Positions 31,441 to 41,189 of a stretch of DNA of 64,000 nt are shown here, in pieces. Numbering within the stretch: position 1 is the stretch's first letter; each line of letters opens with the position of its first letter. The notes beneath the pieces are model-generated. The model was not told the origin of the DNA and did not search any database. It was given only the letters and a program-made list of their open reading frames with translations. The position numbers were made by a program, and so were the translations under genes. Source of the DNA: an uncultured Verrucomicrobiae bacterium (lineage in GTDB: Bacteria > Verrucomicrobiota > Verrucomicrobiia > Chthoniobacterales > JAFAMB01); assembly GCA_963813025.1 (NCBI GenBank), contig CAWEXO010000002.1, forward strand, positions 99,364 to 163,363, given 5' to 3'.

Positions 31441-31803
31441 GCAACTTCATTCGGGCGAGGACGATCAGGCGCGCTCGATGAGCAAGCGGTCCCGTTTCCG
31501 GCCAGGGCCGGATAGCTGATTCGGCAGTAAGTCGGTCGTTTTCAACTGGGGGTTTTCCAGAGCGCCGAGAATAGGTGGTTGCATCATCGACGCAACAAAA
31601 ATTCACCAAAAAAACTCAGCCTCTCTGGCAACCGATCAGGCTAGTATTACTTTTTCTAATAGCAAGCCGGTTTCTGGATACCGGCGATGCTGGTCGGCGT
31701 AGCGCTGAGGGCCCCGTCGCTATTCTGCGCAGCCGCGGACGACGCAGCCACCCGAGTAAGACGAGGCCGCCCGCGCTATGCCGACGCGCCGAGCTCTATT
31801 CTT

Positions 31804-32127
31804 TCAACTCCTCCAAACCGGCAAACTCGGGATGGCGATGTGCAGCAAGGCTGTCTCCGACCGGGGCTTGGGCGCCTCATGTTTCTTCATCCATGGAACA
31901 ACGATTCCGGAGTAGAGCAGGATTGCCGAGATCAACAGAGCTCCGGAGGCAGCGGCGAGCCGAGGCGTAGTGAGCTCATCCTCGAATTGGAACCAAACCA
32001 AGATGCAAAGCGGGATCATTCCGCCAATAGCAAGGAACAGACGATTGCTCCCCAGCAATGAGCCGGCCACCTCAATCGCCAGCAAAATACAGCCCGCAAC
32101 AAAAAGAATGTTCTTCCAGGATTTCAA
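31804..32127 (-). CDS. Hypothetical small membrane protein
   Basis: Three hydrophobic segments; co-oriented downstream of pnp; no recognisable family. Confidence 0.5.
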   Translation of the reverse strand: MKSWKNILFVAGCILLAIEVAGSLLGSNRLFLAIGGMIPLCILVWFQFEDELTTPRLAAASGALLISAILLYSGIVVPWMKKHEAPKPRSETALLHIAIPSLPVWRS

Positions 32128-32159
32128 GACAATGCCAGTGCGAGCGAAGCGGCACGCGA

Positions 32160-34292
32160 CTAGTGCTGCAGAGCTGATTCGGCTTCAACGTTACGTTCGC
32201 GCATCGCCACTTTCCGGCTGAGCTTGACCCGGCCTTTGTCATCAATGCCGATACACTTGACCCAGATCAGATCGCCGACCTTTACGACGTCCTCGACATT
32301 CTTCACGCGGAAATCGGCCAACTCGGACACATGGACCAAGCCGTCTTTACCTGGAAGCACTTCGACAAACGCGCCGAATTCCTTGGTGGATACCACTCGT
32401 CCATGATAGGTCTCGCCAACCTCGATCTCCTTGGTCATTCCGGTGATGATTTCTTTTGCCCGATTCAAGCTCTCCCGATTCGCGGAGTAGATGTGAACCG
32501 ACCCATCGTCATCGATATTAATCTCCGCTCCGGTCTCCGCCACGATCCCCTTGATCGTCTTGCCACCGGGACCAATCAGCAGGCCGATTTTGTCGGGATG
32601 GATCTTCACGGTCTCGATCCTCGGCGCGTACGGGCTTAACTCCGTTCGCGGGCTCTGGATCGATGCCTGCATGACATCAAGCACTTTCATCCGCGCGTCG
32701 CGGGCCTGATGAATCGCTTCGGACAGGATCTGATGCGAAATACCGGGCAGCTTCAAATCAAGCTGGAACCCGGTGACGCCATCACGGGTACCACAGAGTT
32801 TAAAATCCATATCACCAAAGTGATCTTCCGAACCGATGATATCGGTCAAAGTAGTGTACCGCTTGAGGTGATCGGCTTCGTACTCGGTCACGAGTCCGAC
32901 GGAAATTCCTCCCACCGGTTTCTTGATCGGCACACCCGCATCCATGAGTGCCATAACACCGGAACAGACTGTTGCCATGGAGGTCGAACCATTCGATTCC
33001 ATGACTTCGCTACTGATGCGAATCGCATAGGGAAATTCCGTTTCTGAAGGAATGACCGGTTCAATCGACCGCTCAGCCAGAGCACCGTGGCCGATCTCGC
33101 GCCGGCTCGCGCCGCCGATCCGGCCAGTCTCACCCACGCTGAAAGGCGGAAAGTTGTAGTGCAGAATGAAGCGTTTGGAGACATCACCTCCGGTATAGGC
33201 GTCAATCATTTGCGCTTCCTCCGCGGAAGCGAGCGTGGCCAGAGCCAGCGCCTGGGTTTCCCCTCGCTGAAACAAAGCCGAGCCGTGCGAGCGCGGCAAA
33301 AGGCCGACCTCGGCTGAGAGCGGTCTGATGTCGAGGAAACCGCGGCCGTCGCAACGGGTCTTACGGTCCAGGATGCTGATCCGGAAGGCTTTCTTCTGCA
33401 GATCGTCGAATGCCTGAGATATTTCAAAGCTCGTCGCGTCCGGGAATTTTGCCAGAATCGCCGTCTCGACTTCTTTACGCAGAACATCAACCGCGCGACT
33501 GCGCGCCACCTTACCTGTCGTATAAAGCGCTGCCTCGATCCGATCACCGGCGACCTGGTAAGCGATTTCCAACAGTTCTTCCCGTACGCTCAGCAGGGCC
33601 ACACTGCGCTTGGGTTTACCTGCCTTTTTCGCCAATTCCCGCTGCATTTCCACGATCTCCTGCACATAGGGATGCGCGAATTCCAGAGCACGGATAAAAT
33701 CGCCCTCCGGAACCTGGTCGGCCGTCCCTTCGATCATGATGGCGTGCTCCCAGCTTCCGACATAAACCAGATCAAGATCGCTCAATTGTCGCTGGCTATG
33801 TGTGGGGTTGACAATGAACTCGCCATTCTGTCGTCCGATCCGCACCGCGCCAATCGGTCCGGCAAACGGGATATCGGAAACACTCAAGGCTGCTGAAGCG
33901 CCGTTGATGCTCAAAATATCCGGATCATTCTCGCCATCGGCACTGAGGAGAACACTCATCACCTGGGTGTCATAAAAATACCCTTTCGGGAAGAGTGGCC
34001 GCAGGGGACGGTCCGTCATGCGAGCAGTGAGGGTCTCCTTCTCGGAAGGCCGGCCTTCCCTTTTGAAATAGCCGCCGGGGAACTTGCCGACAGCAGCCGC
34101 TTTTTCCCGATAGTCCACAGTCAGGGGAAAGAAATCCTGACCTTCTTTGACCGTGGTCGCCGACACGGCCGCAACCAGGATAATTGTTTCTCCGGAACGG
34201 ACAGTCACTGAGCCATCGGCCAGTTTTGCCATTTTTCCGGTTTCAATAGTCAGCTCAGTCGAGCCGATCGTTTTCGAGACTCTCGATTCCAT
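32160..34292 (-). CDS. pnp: Polyribonucleotide nucleotidyltransferase (PNPase)
   Basis: DFFPLTVDYRE, RREIGHGALAER, ESNGSTSMA, GDMDFK, plus KH and S1 domains. Confidence 0.98.
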   Translation of the reverse strand: MESRVSKTIGSTELTIETGKMAKLADGSVTVRSGETIILVAAVSATTVKEGQDFFPLTVDYREKAAAVGKFPGGYFKREGRPSEKETLTARMTDRPLRPLFPKGYFYDTQVMSVLLSADGENDPDILSINGASAALSVSDIPFAGPIGAVRIGRQNGEFIVNPTHSQRQLSDLDLVYVGSWEHAIMIEGTADQVPEGDFIRALEFAHPYVQEIVEMQRELAKKAGKPKRSVALLSVREELLEIAYQVAGDRIEAALYTTGKVARSRAVDVLRKEVETAILAKFPDATSFEISQAFDDLQKKAFRISILDRKTRCDGRGFLDIRPLSAEVGLLPRSHGSALFQRGETQALALATLASAEEAQMIDAYTGGDVSKRFILHYNFPPFSVGETGRIGGASRREIGHGALAERSIEPVIPSETEFPYAIRISSEVMESNGSTSMATVCSGVMALMDAGVPIKKPVGGISVGLVTEYEADHLKRYTTLTDIIGSEDHFGDMDFKLCGTRDGVTGFQLDLKLPGISHQILSEAIHQARDARMKVLDVMQASIQSPRTELSPYAPRIETVKIHPDKIGLLIGPGGKTIKGIVAETGAEINIDDDGSVHIYSANRESLNRAKEIITGMTKEIEVGETYHGRVVSTKEFGAFVEVLPGKDGLVHVSELADFRVKNVEDVVKVGDLIWVKCIGIDDKGRVKLSRKVAMRERNVEAESALQH

Positions 34293-34324
34293 AGGTTTGT
34301 CCACTCGGCTGAATCGACCGCACC

Positions 34325-34388
34325 GGCTCCTTGTTCGTAGGTCTGAACGCCGAAATCTTCGAAGCTCAGACCTAAGATCAAGGCTGCC
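34325..34388 (-). promoter_or_regulatory. Long stem-loop in the pnp 5' leader
   Basis: CCTTG..TAGGTCTGA / TCAGACCTA..CAAGG inverted repeat, ending about 33 nt before the pnp ATG. Confidence 0.5.
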
Positions 34389-34554
34389 TTTCGGGATTGC
34401 CAAGTTTTAATTTGTTTCCGTTTTGTTGCAGCACTCCGAGAGTGCCATCATCCATTCAATCCCCGAACGGAGCAGTTCGCAAGCAGCGACAAAAGATCGC
34501 CGGCGGCTCTGAACCTGAAACCGTGCCAAAGCCAAATCCGGTGGTGGTTCTGCC

Positions 34555-34815
34555 TTACCTTCGCAGGTTGAGCTTATCGATAACCGCTTTGTAGCGGTCT
34601 TGCGACGTACGTTTCAGATAATCCAGGAGGCTTCTCCGGGTCGACACCAGCTTTAAGAGCCCCCGCCGGGAAGAGTGGTCTTTCCGGTGCACTTTCAAGT
34701 GATCGGTCAACTGATTGATCCGACGGGTCAGAAGGGCGATCTGGACGTCCGCACTGCCGGTATCTTTAGCGTTCAGCCGGAACGGGCCCAGGTCGATGTT
34801 GTCGCTCTCTGCCAT
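34555..34815 (-). CDS. rpsO: 30S ribosomal protein S15
   Basis: [28 protein letters not shown]; canonical rpsO-pnp order. Confidence 0.97.
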   Translation of the reverse strand: MAESDNIDLGPFRLNAKDTGSADVQIALLTRRINQLTDHLKVHRKDHSSRRGLLKLVSTRRSLLDYLKRTSQDRYKAVIDKLNLRR

Positions 34816-34914
34816 ATTTCGAAGAAGCGTGGAAGATAGGAGAGGCTGGCGGATGTGCAAGGAATTTTTCGGAGGAGGGGAAGGAGTTGGGATCTGGGAG
34901 TTTGGATCTAGGAG

Positions 34915-35193
34915 CTAGTGCACCGTCTCTCATATAATGATGCCATCGCCGCAGGTCAGTTGGCTGTTTTTCAAGGCACGAGCGAAGCACCCATATCTGA
35001 ATCATATGGGTCGAGCGAGCAACGCCGAAAAACAGCGAACGGGCCGCGGCCCAAAGGGTTGCGTTGAAAATGGGCCGGCGGCTGCATTGCTCCTCGGTTA
35101 CGTATCGATTTAGATATGCGCCCTCCTCGTGCCTTGCCGGCGGCCCATTTTGAACGCAACGATGACACCATTATATGAGAGACGGTGCACTAG
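34915..35193. mobile_element. 279-bp MITE-like element with CTAG at both ends and 34-bp TIRs
   Basis: CTAGTGCACCGTCTCTCATATAATG (34915-34939) is perfectly complementary to 35169-35193 and extends to 34 bp with 2 mismatches; no coding capacity. Confidence 0.85.
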
Positions 35194-35211
35194 GAGTCGG
35201 CCGGTCTTGCG

Positions 35212-35459
35212 CGAGCGGCGACTTCGATCCCGGCCAATGTCGCTGAAGGCTTCAAGAAGCGCAGCCGAGCGGATAAAATCCGGATTTTAATATCGCTCAA
35301 GGCTCGCTGGAAGAATCGCAGTATTATCTCATTCTTTTCGCGATCTCGGTTACGCTCCTATCGATCGGCTTCTGTTCCGTTCTCGAGGAAGTCGGTAAAT
35401 TGCTCGCGGTCTACATGCGCGGCGTCAAGCGCCACAGCGCCTCATATTCTAGCTCCTAG
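35212..35459 (+). pseudogene. Four-helix-bundle protein relic (23S rRNA IVP/bAvd-like family), 5'-truncated and frameshifted
   Basis: Hand translation across frameshifts: RAATSIPANVAEGFKKRSRADKIR / FNIAQGSLEESQYYLIL / RDLGY / LEEVGKLLAVY. Confidence 0.8.
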
Positions 35460-35719
35460 CTCCTTTTCCTCCCCAACCTAACCAGCTCATCCGCCAAGCC
35501 ACCAAAATCGTTCGTGACCAAACCTTCGCCAATCTCGTTAATGTTTATCTCGATCCCGAGCCGCTCCTCCAAGTGGAGAACGAACTCCACCAGCTCCAGG
35601 CTCTGCCGAATGACATCGGTCGCCCGAAGGCGCTCGATATCCTTCCCGGCAGTTTCTGGCGCTTGCCGGCTCACAAATTCCCCGATTGCTTCAATTACTT
35701 TTCGCCGGCTCATTTTCAT
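35456..35719 (-). CDS. Acyl carrier protein-like
   Basis: QSLELVEFVLHLEERLGIEI is the ACP helix II with the attachment Ser (QSL instead of DSL); 87 aa. Confidence 0.75.
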   Translation of the reverse strand: MKMSRRKVIEAIGEFVSRQAPETAGKDIERLRATDVIRQSLELVEFVLHLEERLGIEININEIGEGLVTNDFGGLADELVRLGRKRS

Positions 35720-35743
35720 CGCGAAATACGGGTCTCTCCTCGC

Positions 35744-36787
35744 CTATACCCGCACACCATCGCCATATTCGACGTGGAATCCAGCACCCATTGACAACCA
35801 GCGCACACGCTGTCCGGGTTCTGCCGTCGCCAGAACTTCCCGCAGAATATGAAAGATACTTGCACTGCTCATATTAGAGAAATCCCGGAAATGCCTGAGG
35901 GACGGCTCCAGAGCGGCTCGATCGATCGAAAGCTTTTTCGCCAGACTTAGCAAGAGCATCATCCCGGCCGGATGCAGCGCCCAGAGCGCCGGCTCGTTGC
36001 GTTGCCAGCCAGTCTGCCTGAGCGCGTCAAAGAGCTCCTGGCGTACATTGCTCTCAAACCGGCTTAAATCCGGAATCCCAAATCGATAATAGCTGTTTCC
36101 GTAGACCCACCGGATCAGATCGGACGGTTGACCGTGCCAGGAGCTCACCTTACGGAGTTCGAGCGCTCCCGGGCCTGGTTCACTCGAAATCCAAAGAGCG
36201 ACTGCCCCATCGCCAAAGGTGCAGATACCCTGCCAGCTCGACCGGTCCAGCGTCTCGGCATCAGCAATGGTGGAGGCTGGTTCGATGACCAGCATCAGCA
36301 AGTCGCGCAGGCTGGAATCAAATCTAAAGGCCGCCTGCAATGCGCGCGAACTCGCAGTACAACCGCCGTTTCCAACATCAAGCAAGAAGGTGTTTGGCCG
36401 GAGCCATTGTTTGAAGACACCGCGAGAACGATCGGCAATTCCCGGCAATACCTGACCAACACTGGTCACGCCGATAATCGCGTCGTAGATCGGCGCAGCC
36501 GCTTCTGACGCAATCTCACCGGCCAGGGCCGCAATCGATTCGTCAACGGCCGCTTCGAACGCGCGAGCATGGTCGGCGAAAGAAGCCAGATGCAGAAAGT
36601 TCGGACACTGGCAGCGGCGGGAGCGATTGCCCAGAAGTTGCAGCCGGACGAAGTTGAGCAGGCTTCGCCTTTCCTGGTCCTCCGCCGGCAATCCGGCGAT
36701 CCGATCCTGAGCCATAGTAAAGAGCTCGGCATTGCTCAGAGATCTCCCCAGCCTGGGACAATAAATCGCGCGGATATAACGTTTCAC
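35744..36787 (-). CDS. Type III polyketide synthase / ketosynthase (chalcone-synthase-like)
   Basis: Cys in GNGGCTAS, FGDGA, His in WALHPAG, Asn in SNMSSAS, MGAGF; start placed at GTG 36787. Confidence 0.8.
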   Translation of the reverse strand: MKRYIRAIYCPRLGRSLSNAELFTMAQDRIAGLPAEDQERRSLLNFVRLQLLGNRSRRCQCPNFLHLASFADHARAFEAAVDESIAALAGEIASEAAAPIYDAIIGVTSVGQVLPGIADRSRGVFKQWLRPNTFLLDVGNGGCTASSRALQAAFRFDSSLRDLLMLVIEPASTIADAETLDRSSWQGICTFGDGAVALWISSEPGPGALELRKVSSWHGQPSDLIRWVYGNSYYRFGIPDLSRFESNVRQELFDALRQTGWQRNEPALWALHPAGMMLLLSLAKKLSIDRAALEPSLRHFRDFSNMSSASIFHILREVLATAEPGQRVRWLSMGAGFHVEYGDGVRV

Positions 36788-36911
36788 AAAACAGCTACTG
36801 GCCAGAATAGAGAATATTTGCGGCGGGGACAAGGTCGAGAGCGCAGTAGCGCGGACGGGCTTCGTCCGTATCTTCCGGTGAGTGGTTCTGTCAGCATTCC
36901 TCGGCAGGCAT

Positions 36912-36958
36912 GCGCTCCGCGCAGTCTTAAAGCGGCGACAAGTCGCGCGCACTCCAAA
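36912..36958. repeat. Single arm of the GGAGTGC REP family
   Basis: GCGCTCCGCGC...AAAGCGGCGACAAGTCGCGCGCACTCCAAA, near-identical to the arms at 44471 and 48497. Confidence 0.8.
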
Positions 36959-36962
36959 CGTT

Positions 36963-38954
36963 TCAAAAACCGACGTTCCATTCTTCCAAGAGCTTTGCCG
37001 GAATTTCTTCAAGGAAACGCGAAGGCCGTTGCAATTGCTCACTCAGCGGCCCTAACGGCGAACGAAACGGATAGACCAAGTAGAGCTCATCCTTCGCCCG
37101 AGTGATTGCCACATAGAAGAGCCGGCGTTCTTCTTCGAGTGACTCGATTCCATTGAGGGACCGAGCACTCGGGAACATTCCTTCGGTCATCCAGACCAGG
37201 AAAACGCACCTCCACTCAAGACCTTTGGCTTGATGGATGGTTGATAAAGTTACTCGCTCGTTGTCTTCATCGTCCGGACCGACTCGCTCTGTGTCCCCCG
37301 TCGAGAGCAGAGATAATTGGCTGAGGAACTCGACTGGATCCTGAAACGTGCGGGCAAAACTTTCCAAGGCGACGAGATCGTCCCGGCGTTGCTGGTGGTT
37401 GGGGTACTTCGATTCGAGATAGTCCTCATAGACCGCTTCCCGGATCGTATGGATCATCTCCGCCGGAGGCCGAGGTTTTTTCTCCGGAGCGATCTCGTCC
37501 AGCGTATAGCCTAGCTGCCGCCAAGCCTTTTGCGATCTTGGAGCGACCCTGCCCGCCTCCAACCATTGGCGGAAACTCGCTCGTTGATCCTCCGAGACCA
37601 GTGATAGCTCGGTCCAGAGTTTATCCGCCGTCTTATTGGCGATGCCCGGCAGTAATCGCGCTATGCGTTTAAAAGCAATCTCGTCAGCCGAATTGGTCAC
37701 AAATTTCATGAACGCGGCGACATCTTTGATGTGGGCCTGCTCAAAGAAGCGTAGCCCACTGGTGATGAAAAATGGGATGCCGGCCCGGGTCAGGGCCAAT
37801 TGGACTTCGAGCGACTGGTAGTGCGCCCGATAAAGGATAGCGATCTCTCGCAAATCGACATTCTCGTCGCGCAACTCGAGGACACGCTGGGCCACGAAAT
37901 AGGCCTGCTGATTATTATCCATCACCGGGACCAGGGCGGGCTTTAGATCGAGCGACGAACGAGCAGAGTGTAACGTCTTCTTGAACTGTTGCGTATTCGC
38001 TTTGATGGCCTCGTTGGCGACGCTCAACACTTCGGGAACACTCCGATAGTTCGTCTCGATCCGATAAATCGTGGCCGCGGGATAGCGTTTCGGAAAATCG
38101 AGAATGTTTTTGTAGTTAGCTCCCCGCCAGGAATAGATCGACTGAGCGTCGTCCCCCACCACCATGACGCTCTGATGCCGGGCGGCCAGGATATCGATAA
38201 ACTCCGACTGCAGATGATTCGTATCCTGATACTCATCCACCAGAATAAACTGGAAAAAACGCTGGTAACGCTCGGCAATCGAAGGAGCATTCCTGAGCAA
38301 CTCAACGATCTTGATCAGCAGATCGTCAAAATCCAATGCATTCGCGCTTTGCTTCCGTTCTTCATATTTCTTCCGGATAAATTCGATCTGATTGGTTAGA
38401 GGCTGAAACGTCCGATATCGATCGACAATGACTTTGCTCAGCGGTTCGCCGGTGTTCGCGGCAAAGCTGAACATGTCGCTGAGAACCTCGGCCTTCGGGA
38501 ACCGGACCTGTCTGGTATCGATGTCCACGGACGCCACCACCGTGCTCAGCAAATCTTCCTGGTCCTCGCGATCCATGATGGAGAATCTGGGTCGGAATCC
38601 CGCTTCGATAGCATGACGGCGGAGCAACCGATTTCCGATCGAATGAAAGGTCCCACCCCAGATCGCTCTGGTCTCCAGCGGCAAAAGATTCTGAACTCGG
38701 GATAACATCTCGCGCGCCGCTTTATTGGTAAAGGTCAGGAGAAGGATGCTTTCGGGTTCAACGCCGTTGTCCAGCAGCCAGGCGACTCGATAGGTCAGGG
38801 TACGGGTTTTGCCGCTACCGGCGCCGGCCAGAACCAAGGCCGGTCCTGGAGGTGAGGTCACTGCGGCATATTGCTGTTCGTTAAGCTCCGCCGCGTAGTC
38901 GATCGCGCTCGATGCGACCGAGGGAAGTTTCTTTAGCTGGTAATCTCGGGCCAT
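36963..38954 (-). CDS. ATP-dependent DNA helicase, UvrD/PcrA/Rep family
   Basis: [56 protein letters not shown]. Confidence 0.95.
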   Translation of the reverse strand: MARDYQLKKLPSVASSAIDYAAELNEQQYAAVTSPPGPALVLAGAGSGKTRTLTYRVAWLLDNGVEPESILLLTFTNKAAREMLSRVQNLLPLETRAIWGGTFHSIGNRLLRRHAIEAGFRPRFSIMDREDQEDLLSTVVASVDIDTRQVRFPKAEVLSDMFSFAANTGEPLSKVIVDRYRTFQPLTNQIEFIRKKYEERKQSANALDFDDLLIKIVELLRNAPSIAERYQRFFQFILVDEYQDTNHLQSEFIDILAARHQSVMVVGDDAQSIYSWRGANYKNILDFPKRYPAATIYRIETNYRSVPEVLSVANEAIKANTQQFKKTLHSARSSLDLKPALVPVMDNNQQAYFVAQRVLELRDENVDLREIAILYRAHYQSLEVQLALTRAGIPFFITSGLRFFEQAHIKDVAAFMKFVTNSADEIAFKRIARLLPGIANKTADKLWTELSLVSEDQRASFRQWLEAGRVAPRSQKAWRQLGYTLDEIAPEKKPRPPAEMIHTIREAVYEDYLESKYPNHQQRRDDLVALESFARTFQDPVEFLSQLSLLSTGDTERVGPDDEDNERVTLSTIHQAKGLEWRCVFLVWMTEGMFPSARSLNGIESLEEERRLFYVAITRAKDELYLVYPFRSPLGPLSEQLQRPSRFLEEIPAKLLEEWNVGF

Positions 38955-39143
38955 CAGCGACGCCGAATATACAACGGGCGCGGTTGGAACCAAATCAGGA
39001 TGGACATCTGCGGACTTTCGCTGGGCCAGAAGGGCGCTCTTTTGGCCGGCTCCCATAGGCCGTATGGGCTATTTGGGAGTGCTCGAGCGTTTTGCCGCTC
39101 TTCGCGCAACCTGTGTCTCTTCGAACGGTTGAATAGAGCAACC

Positions 39144-39416
39144 GTGAAAATTCTTCTTTCGATCCCATTTCCGCTGGCGGGAATCGCGAGCGCCGTGCTT
39201 GCCCTGGTTGGCTGTGTCGAACGCGAAGTCGTCTCTCAGCGTCCTCCGCCGCCCACCACTGTGGTTGAGGTCGCACGCGGTCCATATCCGCCTCCTCCGC
39301 CGATTGCTGAAGTGCGCCCCGCACCACCACCCTACCGCGTTGTCTGGGTACCCGGACGTTGGCGGTGGAACGGTCATCGGTATATTTGGATTCGGGGGCA
39401 TTACCGCGCGGCGTGA
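39144..39416 (+). CDS. Pro-rich lipoprotein with YXWGXW-like repeat
   Basis: LALVGC lipobox, PPPP stretches, [21 protein letters not shown]. Confidence 0.8.
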   Translation: MKILLSIPFPLAGIASAVLALVGCVEREVVSQRPPPPTTVVEVARGPYPPPPPIAEVRPAPPPYRVVWVPGRWRWNGHRYIWIRGHYRAA

Positions 39417-39456
39417 GCATTGGACGTCATAGCGTTTACAGCTGCGGGCCATGGCC

Positions 39457-39608
39457 AGTGATCGGTAATCGGTGATCAGGAGCGTTACGTAGCGCCGACG
39501 GCCTCGTCGGTACTCCGCTGACTGCTCGAGCATGTCGCGCGATCACCGTTGCTCCCGATAACGCACGATAATTGGCCGCCGCCTCCTGATCACCGATTAC
39601 CGATTACT
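39457..39608. repeat. Element bounded by inverted 7-bp arrays (GTAATCG/GTGATCG)
   Basis: AGTGATCGGTAATCGGTGATCAGGAG and CTCCTGATCACCGATTACCGATTACT are complementary at 25 of 26 positions. Confidence 0.85.
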
Positions 39609-39621
39609 CGGCATCCCAAGC

Positions 39622-40332
39622 TCAGACTCCGCCGAGATACGCCTCTTTCACCATGCTATTGGCCCGGAGCCTGGCCGATACATCCTCCAAGATGATGCGA
39701 CCGGTCTCCAGCACGTAACCATAATCGGAAATCTCCAGCGCTAGGTTGGCGTTCTGTTCGACTAACAAAATCGTGATGCCGAGTTTCTTGTTAATCTCGA
39801 CGATCTTGGAAAAGATCGTTTTTACCAGAATCGGCGCGATCCCCAGCGAAGGTTCATCGAGCATGAGGTAGCGCGGCTTGCTCATCAAGGCTCGACTGAT
39901 CGCCAGCATTTGCTGTTCGCCGCCGCTGAGGGTGCCGCCGACCTGGTGCAGGCGTTCTTTCAGACGCGGGAAAATGTCGAAAACGTAGTCGCAATCCTTC
40001 TTGACGTTTTCCTGGTCCTTTCGCTGGTACGCTCCCATCCGCAGATTTTCCATGACGGTGAGATTAGAAAAGATCATCCGACCTTCTGGTACCTGGGTGA
40101 TCCCGAGGCCAACGATCCGGTGCGGGGGCCAGTTCGTGATGTCTTTGCCTTCCAACGCGATCTTGCCGTGGCGCACGCGCAACAAACCGGAGATGGCGCG
40201 CAGCGTGGTCGATTTGCCTGCTCCGTTACTGCCCACCAAAGTGATGATTTTGCCCTTTTCCACCTTGAGCGAGATTCGATGCAACGCAACAATCGAGCCA
40301 TAGGCCACCTCGAGGTCGTGAACTTCCAACAT
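39622..40332 (-). CDS. livF: Branched-chain amino acid ABC transporter ATPase
   Basis: GSNGAGKS, VPEGR, LSGGEQQMLA, DEPSLG, VEQNA. Confidence 0.93.
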   Translation of the reverse strand: MLEVHDLEVAYGSIVALHRISLKVEKGKIITLVGSNGAGKSTTLRAISGLLRVRHGKIALEGKDITNWPPHRIVGLGITQVPEGRMIFSNLTVMENLRMGAYQRKDQENVKKDCDYVFDIFPRLKERLHQVGGTLSGGEQQMLAISRALMSKPRYLMLDEPSLGIAPILVKTIFSKIVEINKKLGITILLVEQNANLALEISDYGYVLETGRIILEDVSARLRANSMVKEAYLGGV

Positions 40333-40388
40333 TGGTTTTGCGAGTACCTGGTGGAGACCTTTAGGCTCCGTCCGCGACTGGTTGATTG

Positions 40389-41189
40389 TTATTCATCTTC
40401 GGCCGGTCCCTCGCCGAGGTATGCCTCGATCACGCGCGGATCTTGCCGGATAACCTCCGGGGGTCCTTCCGCAATCTTCACTCCGTAATCCAGGACATAA
40501 ATCCGTCGGCAAATACCCATAACCACTCGCATATCGTGCTCGACCAGAAGGACGGAAATGGCGAATCGCTCCTGAATAAACTCGATCAGCCCCATCAGCC
40601 CAACCTTCTCGACAGGATTCATTCCCGCCGCCGGCTCATCCAGCAACAATACCCGCGGCCGGGTGGCTAGGGCGCGCACAATCTCCAGGCGCCGCTGGTC
40701 ACCATAGGGCAAGCTCTTGCACATGACGTCGCGTTGACCCTCCAGATTAAATATCTTCAAAAGGTCAAGCGCTTTCTGTTCAATGTCCTTTTCCTCTGCT
40801 TGAAAAGCCGGACCGCGCGTCAACGCATGGCTGGCACCATGGTTCAGGTGCAGATTGAAAGCCGCCCGCACATTGTCGAAGACTGTTAAAGAAGAGAACA
40901 AGCGGATATTTTGAAAAGTCCGCGCGATCCCTTTTGCCGTGATGGCGTACGGTTTCAACCCATTCAAGCGTTCACCGGCGAGCCGCACGTCGCCCGACGT
41001 CGGACAATACACGCCAGTAACCATATTGAAGACCGTGGTTTTGCCAGCGCCGTTCGGACCAATCAAGCCGATTAATTCTCCGGCAGCTAAGCGCAACGAA
41101 AAATCAGAGACAGCCGTCAAGCCACCGAATCGGATGGTGCACCTGTCGACAGTGAGAAGGCCAGATTCTTCGGCGGGAAGGTCGGTCAT
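40389..41189 (-). CDS. livG: Branched-chain amino acid ABC transporter ATPase
   Basis: FGGLTAV, GPNGAGKT, RTFQNIRLF, LLLDEPAAG, VEHDM. Confidence 0.93.
   Translation of the reverse strand: MTDLPAEESGLLTVDRCTIRFGGLTAVSDFSLRLAAGELIGLIGPNGAGKTTVFNMVTGVYCPTSGDVRLAGERLNGLKPYAITAKGIARTFQNIRLFSSLTVFDNVRAAFNLHLNHGASHALTRGPAFQAEEKDIEQKALDLLKIFNLEGQRDVMCKSLPYGDQRRLEIVRALATRPRVLLLDEPAAGMNPVEKVGLMGLIEFIQERFAISVLLVEHDMRVVMGICRRIYVLDYGVKIAEGPPEVIRQDPRVIEAYLGEGPAEDE

Noticed and set aside
35212..35459. Diversity-generating retroelement suggested by the Avd-like fold
   Set aside because: No reverse transcriptase and no TR/VR pair in the window.
36788..37042. Long N-terminal extension of the PKS ORF (GVRATCRRF peptide)
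   Set aside because: It is the translation of a REP arm and overlaps the helicase 3' end; GTG 36787 is a better start.
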